Shown here: positions 25,480-34,131 of the stretch, piece by piece
Numbering within the stretch: position 1 is the first letter of the stretch
How the letters are laid out: the number at the start of each line of letters is the position of its first letter
Virus record (IMG/VR): IMGVR_UViG_3300049070_000183
Location: 1-34,904 of that record
Direction: 5' to 3' (one strand)
Source: a virus
Lineage: Duplodnaviria; Caudoviricetes
Length of the DNA stretch: 34,904 nt
Notes under the pieces: generated by a model
The model's input: only the letters and a program-made list of their open reading frames with translations
Told to the model about the DNA's origin: nothing
The model's database searches: none
Position numbers and translations under genes: made by a program

Positions 25480-26556
25480 ATGGGAATGGAGCAAGGCGGC
25501 TACATAGAGGGGGACGAACAGGGCACGTATGGTTACGGCGGCGGGGGAGACTTCAATCTCAGCATGGGCGGGGGCGGTGATAGTTTTGCCATTGATTACG
25601 CGGCGGATTATGGCGGGGCATATAACTTCACAGGCGATTACAGCGGAGTTGGCACAGGCGCGGAGTATGGCGATTCAGGCTATCAACCGGGCGGCGATCT
25701 CTATGGAGCGTACGTTGATTACTACACAGAATCGGGCTTTGATCTCACAACGGCGATGGAACTGGCCGCACAGGACGCGGCAGCGGGATCGGTCGAGATT
25801 GCAACAAGCGAAAGAGGGCTACTACCTGACGCCTTAGGGCCGGAGACTTACTATGGTCTGCCATATATTCCCGATTCGTTCCTGACGCCTTACACGCCGA
25901 TCTTTCCCGATCTTCCCGCGCCGCTTCCACCAATCGTTACGCCGATTATTCCGTTTACAGTTCCCGCGCCTCCGCAAGTTCCATTGCCGCAGACGCCCGG
26001 TACAGGGCCGATTCCGATTGCTCCGGGCCTGCCTCCGGCATGCCCCACTGGTCAATATCACCCTTATCCAATCGGGCATCCACAGCAAAACGTCTGCATC
26101 CCGTTTCCGTCTGCTCAAACAGGGTCAAGACCGCAGCAACAACAACGACCGTCAGGATCGAGTGGAGGGGCATCATCAACGCCAAAGCCGCCACAACAGC
26201 AGCAACAAGGGCAATGCCCCACGGGTTACTGCAAACACCCAACGGGGCAGTGCATGCCGATCCCGCAAGGATACTTTCGACACCCGACGACACAAGTTTG
26301 CTCGCCACGTTGCACGACGCCGGGGACTGTCTTTGACCAATCAAGGGGGCAATGCGTTCCGGTCGCTCAGGCCGTCAACCCTTTGCCCGGATCGCAAGCA
26401 CATGGGACTGAATTACCCGAAGGCGCTGAAGGCTTGCTTGATGAATTATCGAAACTGCCGTGGTGGGTATGGTTGGCTCTTGGAGGCTTGCTGCTATTGA
26501 GCCGGGATGGTGAGGACGGCAAGAAAACGACAGTCACTTATAGGAGGGCGCGTTAA
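25480..26556 (+). CDS. Gly/Tyr-, Pro- and Cys-repeat protein with C-terminal TM
   Basis: Acidic GY-rich N-terminus, Pro-rich middle, CPTG...C repeats, LPWWVWLALGGLLLL. Confidence 0.85.
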   Translation: MGMEQGGYIEGDEQGTYGYGGGGDFNLSMGGGGDSFAIDYAADYGGAYNFTGDYSGVGTGAEYGDSGYQPGGDLYGAYVDYYTESGFDLTTAMELAAQDAAAGSVEIATSERGLLPDALGPETYYGLPYIPDSFLTPYTPIFPDLPAPLPPIVTPIIPFTVPAPPQVPLPQTPGTGPIPIAPGLPPACPTGQYHPYPIGHPQQNVCIPFPSAQTGSRPQQQQRPSGSSGGASSTPKPPQQQQQGQCPTGYCKHPTGQCMPIPQGYFRHPTTQVCSPRCTTPGTVFDQSRGQCVPVAQAVNPLPGSQAHGTELPEGAEGLLDELSKLPWWVWLALGGLLLLSRDGEDGKKTTVTYRRAR

Positions 26557-27269
26557 TGGGCTGCTGTGTCGGCTGTCAATCGGGGATGGGTTGTTGCGAT
26601 GACTATAGCCTTGCTGGTCTGTATGGCTTGAGCGGCTTGAATGGCCTGATGGGCGAACTAGCGACAGGCTCACGCGTCAGGGTGGGCTTGGAGTTTGAAT
26701 TTAGTCATGCGTATGACCCTGACGAAACAGAGGCGATGGGCGCCGGACCTATTCAAAATCTGTTTTATGACCAATTCGGCCCACCGACATTCAAGGACAC
26801 GCGCGTTACGGTTCAAATGCCGACGTTTTGGAGCGATGGTTATGTGACTGTCGAGGCTACAAGCATGACGCCATTGCCGTATGCCAGCGTCTTTGGGCAA
26901 ATGGTCGAGAACGCCTTTAAGAGCTATCTGCCCCGTTACATCTGGGAGAAGACCCATGAGACGTTGGTTGACTACGCCCCGCCGACTCCTAACGCGCAAC
27001 CCGCTGGGCCTCCGCAAATATGCGATTTGAGTCAATTAGGATTGCAAGAATACTTCGACTGTCAGCTAGGCCGTGGCAGATGGGCGAAGCAACAAACACA
27101 GAATCAAAATCAACCCGGTCAACCGTCGAAGTGCGCGGGGATGTCGCCCGGTGATTGGATTGCCTGCCAGCTGGGGATTACGCCGACTGCCGGCATAGCG
27201 GCGGGAGCAATTGGATCACTGGTTTTAGTCGGCGGGGTTCTAGCGCTTGTGGTGTTTTTGAAGCGATGA
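26556..27269 (+). CDS. Putative virion membrane protein with C-terminal TM
   Basis: Cys-rich N-terminus, GL-x repeat, two C...CQLG repeats, hydrophobic C-terminus ending KR. Confidence 0.85.
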   Translation: MGCCVGCQSGMGCCDDYSLAGLYGLSGLNGLMGELATGSRVRVGLEFEFSHAYDPDETEAMGAGPIQNLFYDQFGPPTFKDTRVTVQMPTFWSDGYVTVEATSMTPLPYASVFGQMVENAFKSYLPRYIWEKTHETLVDYAPPTPNAQPAGPPQICDLSQLGLQEYFDCQLGRGRWAKQQTQNQNQPGQPSKCAGMSPGDWIACQLGITPTAGIAAGAIGSLVLVGGVLALVVFLKR

Positions 27270-28369
27270 AGCTAACCGATCAAGAGCAAGTGATCTTGAA
27301 AGCGATTGGGAACGACGTAGCTGAAGTCTCCCGCGTGATCAAAGCCGTTGGCTATCCGAAGGCGACAGTAAAAAAAGTCTTGGTCGGGCTGAATGAAAAG
27401 GGAATCGTCGCCCTCCATCGCCACGATTGGCCGAAATCACTAGAGCGTGAGCAACGCAAGCTCATGGTCAAGATCGGGAGCAATTACTACAACGCGGTAA
27501 GTGTGATGAGAAGAAACCCTAAACAATCGAAAGGCAAGACGGCGCTGAAGAAAACAGGGCGAGCGCTAAAGGGCTTCGCTCGCGGGACGCTTCAGTCTGG
27601 CGCTGAAATTCTAGGAGCGGGAGCGATGGCATTGAATCCAACTCGAAAACGAAAGAAGGCGACGAAGAAGAAGCGAAACAAGACCGTTATCAAAGCTAAG
27701 CGTGTTGTCGTATTGAATCCGAAAAAGAAAAGGGTCAAGCGCAATGCTTCAAGAACTGTGTCTACCGCTAAGACTGCGAAACGTCGGGCCAGGTCTTCTA
27801 GTCAAAATAGTCGCAAGAAAGCAACGCCCCGTATTCGATCCGTGGCTAAGGCTCGCAAGGCTCCGGTTAAGAGAGCTTCTAAAAGAACGCTCAAGAAAAG
27901 CTCCGGGCTGTTGAAGAAGGGGCGCAAGCGAAACAACCCTTCGGCTGAATCAATCCGCAAAGAGTTTGCCGGATCTGTCAACGGCGAGCGTGACTTGTTT
28001 TTCCCGCAAGGGACGCCATCGGGGAAGCTCGCCAAGTTGGGCAAGCTCGTTTCGATCACAACAGAAGAGGGAACTATCAAACCTGTCTCCGGCTCGGCGT
28101 GGCTGTGCGCTGATACGAAAGAACGGCTTCATATCGGATCAACATCGAACGCGCCTTTGTTTAGCGGGCCTGCGCATAGTTTTGGGAAGGTTTCAAAAGT
28201 TGAATATGAAAGCTCAAAGCCGCACTTAGGGTATCGAGGACCGATCATTTGGTTTCACCACATGGGCGAAGGCGGGGGAAGTCGCCCTTCGCTATACGCA
28301 GATGGAAAGGGTGGTTTGAAATTCAAAGGGGGCAACTACCGATTAACGAAGAGAGGTATCGAGGGCTAG
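27266..28369 (+). CDS. Lys/Arg-rich putative DNA-condensing core protein with N-terminal wHTH-like domain
   Basis: Start at ATG 27266 (ATGA); LTDQEQVILKAI...KATVKKVLVGLNEKGIV; long basic region with RRNP, LNP, LNP, RNNP. Confidence 0.8.
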   Translation: MKLTDQEQVILKAIGNDVAEVSRVIKAVGYPKATVKKVLVGLNEKGIVALHRHDWPKSLEREQRKLMVKIGSNYYNAVSVMRRNPKQSKGKTALKKTGRALKGFARGTLQSGAEILGAGAMALNPTRKRKKATKKKRNKTVIKAKRVVVLNPKKKRVKRNASRTVSTAKTAKRRARSSSQNSRKKATPRIRSVAKARKAPVKRASKRTLKKSSGLLKKGRKRNNPSAESIRKEFAGSVNGERDLFFPQGTPSGKLAKLGKLVSITTEEGTIKPVSGSAWLCADTKERLHIGSTSNAPLFSGPAHSFGKVSKVEYESSKPHLGYRGPIIWFHHMGEGGGSRPSLYADGKGGLKFKGGNYRLTKRGIEG

Positions 28370-28995
28370 CCATGACGCTTCAGATATTCAATCGCGGCGG
28401 TCAGAAGTTCGGCGCTTTCTCTAAAGCTACCCAATGCTTGATTGCAAAAACTGCACAGCAAGCCGCGCACTTTGCCGGTTGTGTGATTGTGGTCTACCGC
28501 CAACGAAAAACCCTCTATTTGAGATTGGCGACATATTGCGCACAGATGACCTTGCGCCTCCAACATCATTTCATATTCAGTCAGCGTAATGCCGTATTGC
28601 CTACGGAGCCAAGAATTTTTGTACGCCCGGTGACCTCCTCTTTTATAAGACTCTCGTTTAAGTCTACGGCGTTGTTCACGGACATGAGGCAAGAGATTGC
28701 GAGTCGTGGTGCATGTTTTACATTGATTGGTCAATCCGGTTGGAGTTGTTTTGTTCGACCAAAACTCAGAGGCGTCTTTAATGGTTTTGCAGCTTTGACA
28801 CCGCTGTTTGGTAATTTGAGGCTTTGGTGTACGCCCACGCCGGAGCACATTACTTCTATTAACAGCCCTTGCACATTCAATGCAAAAGCGCATCAGTCCA
28901 TATTTACCTCTACGATCTTTCCAAAATTCAGTGACCGGCTTTTCCGACTTACATTTACTGCAAACTTTGGTAGATGGTATGGTGGGCTTAGTCAT
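28366..28995 (-). CDS. Recombination endonuclease VII-family (free-standing homing-type) nuclease
   Basis: YGITLTEYEMMLEAQGHLCAIC...LAVDHNHTTGKVRGLLCSFCNQALG; two N-terminal CxxC...CxxC repeats. Confidence 0.93.
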   Translation of the reverse strand: MTKPTIPSTKVCSKCKSEKPVTEFWKDRRGKYGLMRFCIECARAVNRSNVLRRGRTPKPQITKQRCQSCKTIKDASEFWSNKTTPTGLTNQCKTCTTTRNLLPHVREQRRRLKRESYKRGGHRAYKNSWLRRQYGITLTEYEMMLEAQGHLCAICRQSQIEGFSLAVDHNHTTGKVRGLLCSFCNQALGSFRESAELLTAAIEYLKRHG

Positions 28996-29080
28996 GCTGT
29001 TCGTACCTCAATTACGAATGATGTGATTAGGCTCGTTCGGGAGTTTGCCGCTCTCGTTCGAGCCGATCCCATTCTATCAC
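28996..29080 (-). promoter_or_regulatory. Own promoter and structured 5' leader of the EndoVII gene
   Basis: Extended -10 TGATAGAAT; hairpin GGCTCG..CGAGCC (29030-29064); hairpin TTCGTA/TACGAA (29000-29018) enclosing GAGG. Confidence 0.6.
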
Positions 29081-29180
29081 GATTCAGCCGCAATCTTAAC
29101 AACTTTACAGTTTTGTGCGTGTGCGCCGCTGCCGCCGCCCACATGAACACAATATCGAGCAGCGAGAAGGGGGAGGCTTT

Positions 29181-29933
29181 ATGTCTCTCATAAGAAGGCG
29201 CGTAGTGAACCCGGCTCCGTCCGTGCTCGCTCTCGTCAACAAAACAAAGAGAGGTAAAACAATGGCTACTCGCAAAAGGAGACGTAGCACAAAGCGGCGC
29301 GCTGTACGGCGTACCCGCTCACGTAACCCGGTCAATCCGGTGAATCCGGCTCGCAGGCGGCGGCGCAGATCCAGACGGTCAACCGTTTATGCCCGTCGTC
29401 GCAATCCGATCAATCCCACTCGACGCCGCAGGCGCATTGGTCGCCGCAGGGCAAGGCGCAACCCGGTGACGGGCGTATTGGGTCGGGCCATTCCATTGGT
29501 CATCGGCTCGGCTGTGATTGGCGCAACCGCTCCATTCACGGCTCAAATCGTCGGGAGATTCGCGCCACAGTTGTTGGGGAATCCCATCGGCGTTGCGGCA
29601 ACGACCTTTGGAACTGGATGGGCGTTGTCACTACTCGCCGGAGCTTTCGCGTTTACGCGCAAGTGGAAAGACGACGTGATGTTGGCCGGCGCCGTGTTGG
29701 CAGGCGGTCAACTGTTCACGGCGTATGTTGCCCCGATGATTCCTCGACTTGGTGGAGGGCGGGGGGGAAACGGAATGGGCCGGCGTTACAACCGCAACGG
29801 AATGATGTCCGGCATTGGTGTAATGACCTCTATCCCGCCAGGTATGGCGACTCTTCCAGCGCCGCAAGGTAATAACAACGGCATGCAAGGGATTGGCGTG
29901 ATGACGGCGATCCCTCCGGGGATAGCGCGTTAG
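29181..29933 (+). CDS. Arg-rich protamine-like protein with hydrophobic C-terminal half (putative core/membrane protein)
   Basis: Start at ATG 29181 after GGGGGAGG; poly-Arg blocks separated by RNP/VNP/INP; about three hydrophobic helices; C-terminal GIGVMTxIPPG repeat. Confidence 0.85.
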   Translation: MSLIRRRVVNPAPSVLALVNKTKRGKTMATRKRRRSTKRRAVRRTRSRNPVNPVNPARRRRRRSRRSTVYARRRNPINPTRRRRRIGRRRARRNPVTGVLGRAIPLVIGSAVIGATAPFTAQIVGRFAPQLLGNPIGVAATTFGTGWALSLLAGAFAFTRKWKDDVMLAGAVLAGGQLFTAYVAPMIPRLGGGRGGNGMGRRYNRNGMMSGIGVMTSIPPGMATLPAPQGNNNGMQGIGVMTAIPPGIAR

Positions 29934-29969
29934 GGCGAAAATAAATCAAGCAGGAGAAGGAGAATAAAT

Positions 29970-30815
29970 ATGTATCCAATGTACGACCAGTCGCCGCAGT
30001 TCAATTTTACCGGCTCATCAATGCCCGGACTGCCGACTACGCTTAATCACATCAATCCGGGCTATTACGCTCAACTCGCGGGCTTTCTCTCGGAGAAATA
30101 CGGCAGGCCGGAAAATGCGCGTCTCGCGTCAATCAACGGTGTTGAGCTTTACGACACGTTGAGAGTTGATACAGGCGCGCTACCTCTGCGCGAGTTCATC
30201 TTTTTTCAAACTCCGGTCGGTCAAAACCAAAACTTGCTGGTCGCTGGTACGGCCTATCAGAAACAAGAGATCGACGTCCATCCGTGGATCGTCCAGGGCG
30301 GACAATTGGCCCTCGGCTATGAGGCGTTGATTTGGAATGTTGGCGTACAGGTCCATATCGTGCAAGCGAATGACGCCACGCTGCAAGCGGCGGGCAATAC
30401 GATCAACCTGACAGCCACGACAGGCACACTTGCCGCCGAGGTCGCCGCCGATCCGCAAAGGATGGGCAACTTGATGCGGGCCTTTCAAGAGGGCTTGTGG
30501 TTCGAGTTCTTCATCAATCAAACAGGCTTCGAGAACGGGCCGCTTTGGAGATTCCCGGCCGGTATCTACGGCATCAGCGGACAGAACGCGATTGCCGATA
30601 CGACGACAGCGGGGGCTGATGGCCTCAGCGCGGACGGTTGGGCGAACAACGGCTTCGGCGTGGCTTATCAGTTCCCGGTGATGCGGCATCTGCCGAGTCA
30701 AACCAAATTCGGCATGCGGCTGAAGATTCAAAACTCGTTTACGACTCCGGCCGGCTTCTCGACTCGTATCGTTGTGACGCTCGGCGGAATCGGCATACAA
30801 CCAATCACAGGCTGA
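29970..30815 (+). CDS. Probable major capsid protein, single jelly-roll-like (inferred)
   Basis: Doubled RBS AGGAGAAGGAG, terminator right after, alternating beta-strand pattern, C-terminal FPVMRHLPSQTKFGMRL...IVVTLGG. Confidence 0.65.
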   Translation: MYPMYDQSPQFNFTGSSMPGLPTTLNHINPGYYAQLAGFLSEKYGRPENARLASINGVELYDTLRVDTGALPLREFIFFQTPVGQNQNLLVAGTAYQKQEIDVHPWIVQGGQLALGYEALIWNVGVQVHIVQANDATLQAAGNTINLTATTGTLAAEVAADPQRMGNLMRAFQEGLWFEFFINQTGFENGPLWRFPAGIYGISGQNAIADTTTAGADGLSADGWANNGFGVAYQFPVMRHLPSQTKFGMRLKIQNSFTTPAGFSTRIVVTLGGIGIQPITG

Positions 30816-30844
30816 TTTCTGGCGTTCGGTTCTTCATCGCTAGT

Positions 30845-30888
30845 TGTGGGGCGGGGCTTTTGCCTTGTCTCGCCCCACAGTTTTTTTT
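30845..30888 (+). terminator. Intrinsic terminator after putative MCP
   Basis: TGTGGGGCGGGGC/GTCTCGCCCCACA stem then GT8. Confidence 0.85.
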
Positions 30889-30899
30889 CAGGAGAGAGC

Positions 30900-31151
30900 A
30901 TGAACCCGACTAAAAAAATAGGCCGATACTTAGTGCCGATTGGATCTGTGGCCGTGATCGAAGAGAGAAACACGTCAGGCTGGCGCAGGCTCTTATTGTG
31001 GCGAAAACCGGGCTACAACGCGCTGCTCAACAATGGTCGAGTGATTCATTTCACTGAAGCCGAAAAAGCCGAATACGAAAAGGCTGTTGAATGGCATGTC
31101 GTGACTCTCGAATGGTACGGCGCGGCCAGAGGCATGGGGCTGAGAGGCTAA
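30900..31151 (+). CDS. Small hypothetical protein
   Basis: Start at ATG 30900 after AGGAG. Confidence 0.7.
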   Translation: MNPTKKIGRYLVPIGSVAVIEERNTSGWRRLLLWRKPGYNALLNNGRVIHFTEAEKAEYEKAVEWHVVTLEWYGAARGMGLRG

Positions 31152-31165
31152 AGGAGAATTTCATT

Positions 31166-31639
31166 ATGTGGTTTTTTACGAAGTATATTTACAAGATCCT
31201 CGATTTCTACAGAACGCATTTGATCTTCTACGACACGATTCCCATAGGCTTTACCGGGGTCGCAAGTGAACGTCCTGCGCCGGTCTTTACCAACGAAGTG
31301 TCAGAGGACGTGTTGTATTTCGGCGGGCAATTGTCTTTCAGTGTGGCCGACGTGCTGGTTAGGATAAAGTCCATCAGTCCGCAATACGAATGGATGGTCA
31401 ATGACGATCCCGCTCCACAGGATACGCCGGCTAATGCCGTGTTTGGCGTGTTCAGTCAAGCTCTCCCGCTTATTCCGTGGGTGTCTCCGTTCTTTCTAAA
31501 AAAGAATGGCCGTTTGCAATTGCAATGGACCAACAGCGCGGCGGCGGCGGTTACGGGCGGCTTCGTGACGCTGCATGGTCTTCGATTGACCAATCCGATT
31601 AATGGGTCCGGTTGGGATTACAGCGTGGGCTTGGTTTGA
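31166..31639 (+). CDS. Putative single jelly-roll-like capsid protein
   Basis: Start at ATG 31166 after AAGGAG; PFFLKKNGRLQLQWTN...VTLHGLRL. Confidence 0.6.
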   Translation: MWFFTKYIYKILDFYRTHLIFYDTIPIGFTGVASERPAPVFTNEVSEDVLYFGGQLSFSVADVLVRIKSISPQYEWMVNDDPAPQDTPANAVFGVFSQALPLIPWVSPFFLKKNGRLQLQWTNSAAAAVTGGFVTLHGLRLTNPINGSGWDYSVGLV

Positions 31640-31641
31640 TT

Positions 31642-32694
31642 ATGAACAACAATCAAGCGACTAAAACTTGTCGGATAGACACAGGGGATTTTGTCGGCTC
31701 GGCTCTCACAGGGCCGGAATGGACGCCTTACGCGCAAAGAATAGCCGATCATTACCCTGTTCAACTTCTGTGGTATCTGACCAAGCAACAAACGCTTGTG
31801 GTCGCGGATCCTAGAAACCTTCAGGCGCCGGTAACGCAGACCATAAGGCCACAACTATACGACGTGTTGATTTTAGGGATGTCGGCGCTGATTGTCGGAG
31901 AAGCCCTGCTGGACAACGGCAATTACATCTATCTTCAGATCACGGATCTTGAAACGGGTATTCCGTGGGTCGCCCCGAACATGATTGGCTACGCCCCTGT
32001 CCCCGCGTTCGCCGGGATCAATGCCGATCCGTCAACCGGGACTTTCTTTCCGATGCCCGTTTTGAAACTGCCTGAAGCCTATTTTCTGCCGAAGGGGACA
32101 AGGCTCAAGCTCGATTGGTTTCCCATTCAGGAAACCGATGGCGATCCGGTGAATTTAAACGTTCGCCTCACAATGATCGGAGTGCAATTGATCAATCACG
32201 CTCCGGGCTTCAAAGCGCCGACTCACGTAACCATGCCTAATGGCGACACTATTCCTGTAGGGTCGAGATTGCCGTGGTTCGGCTGTGTGCCTTTCGGCCA
32301 GAGAGACATAATTCTAGGCCAAAGAATATTGCAGGACTTCTCATTGCAGGACGACGAACAGGCTTTACAGTTTTTGCCGCCACTCGAATGCAACCTTGAA
32401 TTGCATGACGCTTACGCCAATTTTCTAGCTCAAACAGTCCGGCCCGCGGCTAAGGTCAATCTCAAACTTAAATTGAACGACATGCGGGACAACGGCGACT
32501 GGACGCCGGAGTTTTCTCCATCACCCGCAATATTCGGCAATGAGGAGCAAGTCTATCCCGCAAGACCTTTCGCCAAACCTCATCTAGTTAGAAAGGGCCA
32601 CAGGCCGGCATTGGTGATGTTCAACAATAGCGGCGCCGGGGCATTGAATCGTGGGACTGTGACTTTCCGGGGCGTCCGTCTTTGTGAGTATTGA
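31642..32694 (+). CDS. Putative tandem (double) jelly-roll-like capsid protein
   Basis: Two related halves ending AYFLPKGTRLKLDW...LTMIGVQL and PHLVRKGHRPALVMFN...VTFRGVRL. Confidence 0.6.
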   Translation: MNNNQATKTCRIDTGDFVGSALTGPEWTPYAQRIADHYPVQLLWYLTKQQTLVVADPRNLQAPVTQTIRPQLYDVLILGMSALIVGEALLDNGNYIYLQITDLETGIPWVAPNMIGYAPVPAFAGINADPSTGTFFPMPVLKLPEAYFLPKGTRLKLDWFPIQETDGDPVNLNVRLTMIGVQLINHAPGFKAPTHVTMPNGDTIPVGSRLPWFGCVPFGQRDIILGQRILQDFSLQDDEQALQFLPPLECNLELHDAYANFLAQTVRPAAKVNLKLKLNDMRDNGDWTPEFSPSPAIFGNEEQVYPARPFAKPHLVRKGHRPALVMFNNSGAGALNRGTVTFRGVRLCEY

Positions 32695-32696
32695 TT

Positions 32697-33224
32697 ATGC
32701 TTCAACTGCAACATATGCGTAGGATCGTCCAAGCCTGCTTTCCCGAAAACAATCAGGAGGCGAAGGAAATATGGAACGACATCAAACCCATTAAATTCGG
32801 GGCGACTCAGCCGTGGATTACCGATGCGGCCATTACGCTAGCGATATATCAAGTTCCCGAAGACGCGGCATATCTATTGATTTTACGGACTGAATGTTAT
32901 GTCACTACGTTTGATCCAACGGCTGTTGGATTCGGGCAATTCTCTCCGCCTCCTGACGGCACGGCGTCATGGCAATACACTGATGTCGGGGTTGGCAATA
33001 CTCAATATAGGATCACTCCGGTTATGGACATGAACATTCTTCTTGACTGCGAGGAGTTTCTATTCGCTAAGGGCGATCATCTAGTGACATTGGTTGCTTC
33101 AGTCACAGCCCCAGACGCCGTGGAGAGATTCATCAGAACGCTTGTTTACGGGTATCTGATCAGCGCTGAGATTGCGGGTAGGCTTGGTGGAGACGAAACG
33201 GTCTATTTCAGTTTTACTGTGTGA
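32697..33224 (+). CDS. Putative beta-sandwich virion protein (penton/minor capsid candidate)
   Basis: IYQVPEDAAYLLILR...FLFAKGDHLVTL...TLVYGYLI. Confidence 0.55.
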   Translation: MLQLQHMRRIVQACFPENNQEAKEIWNDIKPIKFGATQPWITDAAITLAIYQVPEDAAYLLILRTECYVTTFDPTAVGFGQFSPPPDGTASWQYTDVGVGNTQYRITPVMDMNILLDCEEFLFAKGDHLVTLVASVTAPDAVERFIRTLVYGYLISAEIAGRLGGDETVYFSFTV

Positions 33225-33227
33225 GCA

Positions 33228-33926
33228 ATGCTGTCTTATGAGAGAAGGAAAACTTTCAGGGGAATCGGCGGGGGTGGCGCGCAAGCCGGGGCTGTTGTCT
33301 TCATCTCTGATTCATTTGTCAATTATGCCGCAAGGGTAAATACGCTAATTACGGCGCCCTTGAATATTCAAGACGGCGACGATCTGTTGATAATCTTTGA
33401 AGATGGGGCGTTGAATGCCGCGCCAGTTCCAACGCCTCCGGCTGGATTCAATATCGTGACGGGCTTTCCGCTCACGCGGGCTGATAGCAATGGCTTCACG
33501 GTTGATACTTATGCATGGCGTAAACCGGCATTGGCCGAAGCGGGAGATTATACAGTCACGCATGCGAACGCGACCAGCAACGCATGGATGCAAGTCGCCA
33601 GGGGGCAAAATCTCATAACGCCCTACGATCCCAACCCAACGACAAATACGGGCCTGGGCGACACGGCGACAGCGCCAAGTTTGATCACGGCCGTTGACAA
33701 TTCGCTGATCGTTTACTTTTGCTCGAAGTGGAATTTTCCGGGCATCACTCCCCCAGGCGGCGTGACGCCAACATTGACAACGCGGCTCGACGGCTCGGCC
33801 ACACTGCTTTTTGTCTCGAACGGAGTTTTGGCGACAGCCGGGGCAACGGGAAACAAAATCGCAACGGGCCTTCCCAATACCCCTACAGAGCCGTGGGCGA
33901 CAGGGCTTATAGCGATTAGACCTTAA
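33228..33926 (+). CDS. Putative spike / receptor-binding protein
   Basis: Thr/Ala/Gly-rich beta protein: IQDGDDLLII, PTPPAGF, YAWRKPA, ATAPSLIT..DNSLIV; Gly hinge near N-terminus. Confidence 0.65.
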   Translation: MLSYERRKTFRGIGGGGAQAGAVVFISDSFVNYAARVNTLITAPLNIQDGDDLLIIFEDGALNAAPVPTPPAGFNIVTGFPLTRADSNGFTVDTYAWRKPALAEAGDYTVTHANATSNAWMQVARGQNLITPYDPNPTTNTGLGDTATAPSLITAVDNSLIVYFCSKWNFPGITPPGGVTPTLTTRLDGSATLLFVSNGVLATAGATGNKIATGLPNTPTEPWATGLIAIRP

Positions 33927-33933
33927 TACAACT

Positions 33934-34128
33934 ATGGCGACATCATACGAAAAACGACACCAGCCGGACGAATTGAGTTATCACAAACGACCAAGCGGCG
34001 CCGGTGTCGCGTTGCCTATTGGCAGTTTTCTTTTACTTCAAGACGATGATGGAAGCGAGACAAGTATTTTGCTTCTCGAAGACGACGCCGGCGCGGAAAT
34101 CTCCGGCCTGAATTTACAGGACGATTGA
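33934..34128 (+). CDS. Small acidic virion adaptor-like protein
   Basis: SYEKR/SYHKR repeats then LLLQDD, LLLEDD, LNLQDD. Confidence 0.65.
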   Translation: MATSYEKRHQPDELSYHKRPSGAGVALPIGSFLLLQDDDGSETSILLLEDDAGAEISGLNLQDD

Positions 34129-34131
34129 TAT

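Noticed and set aside
28249-29193. 314-aa + strand ORF bridging the virion operon
   Set aside because: It is the antisense shadow of the clear EndoVII gene and has no recognisable motifs
30180-30800. 206-aa - strand ORF and other nested opposite-strand ORFs in the track
   Set aside because: Antisense shadows of well-supported genes, without RBS or motifs
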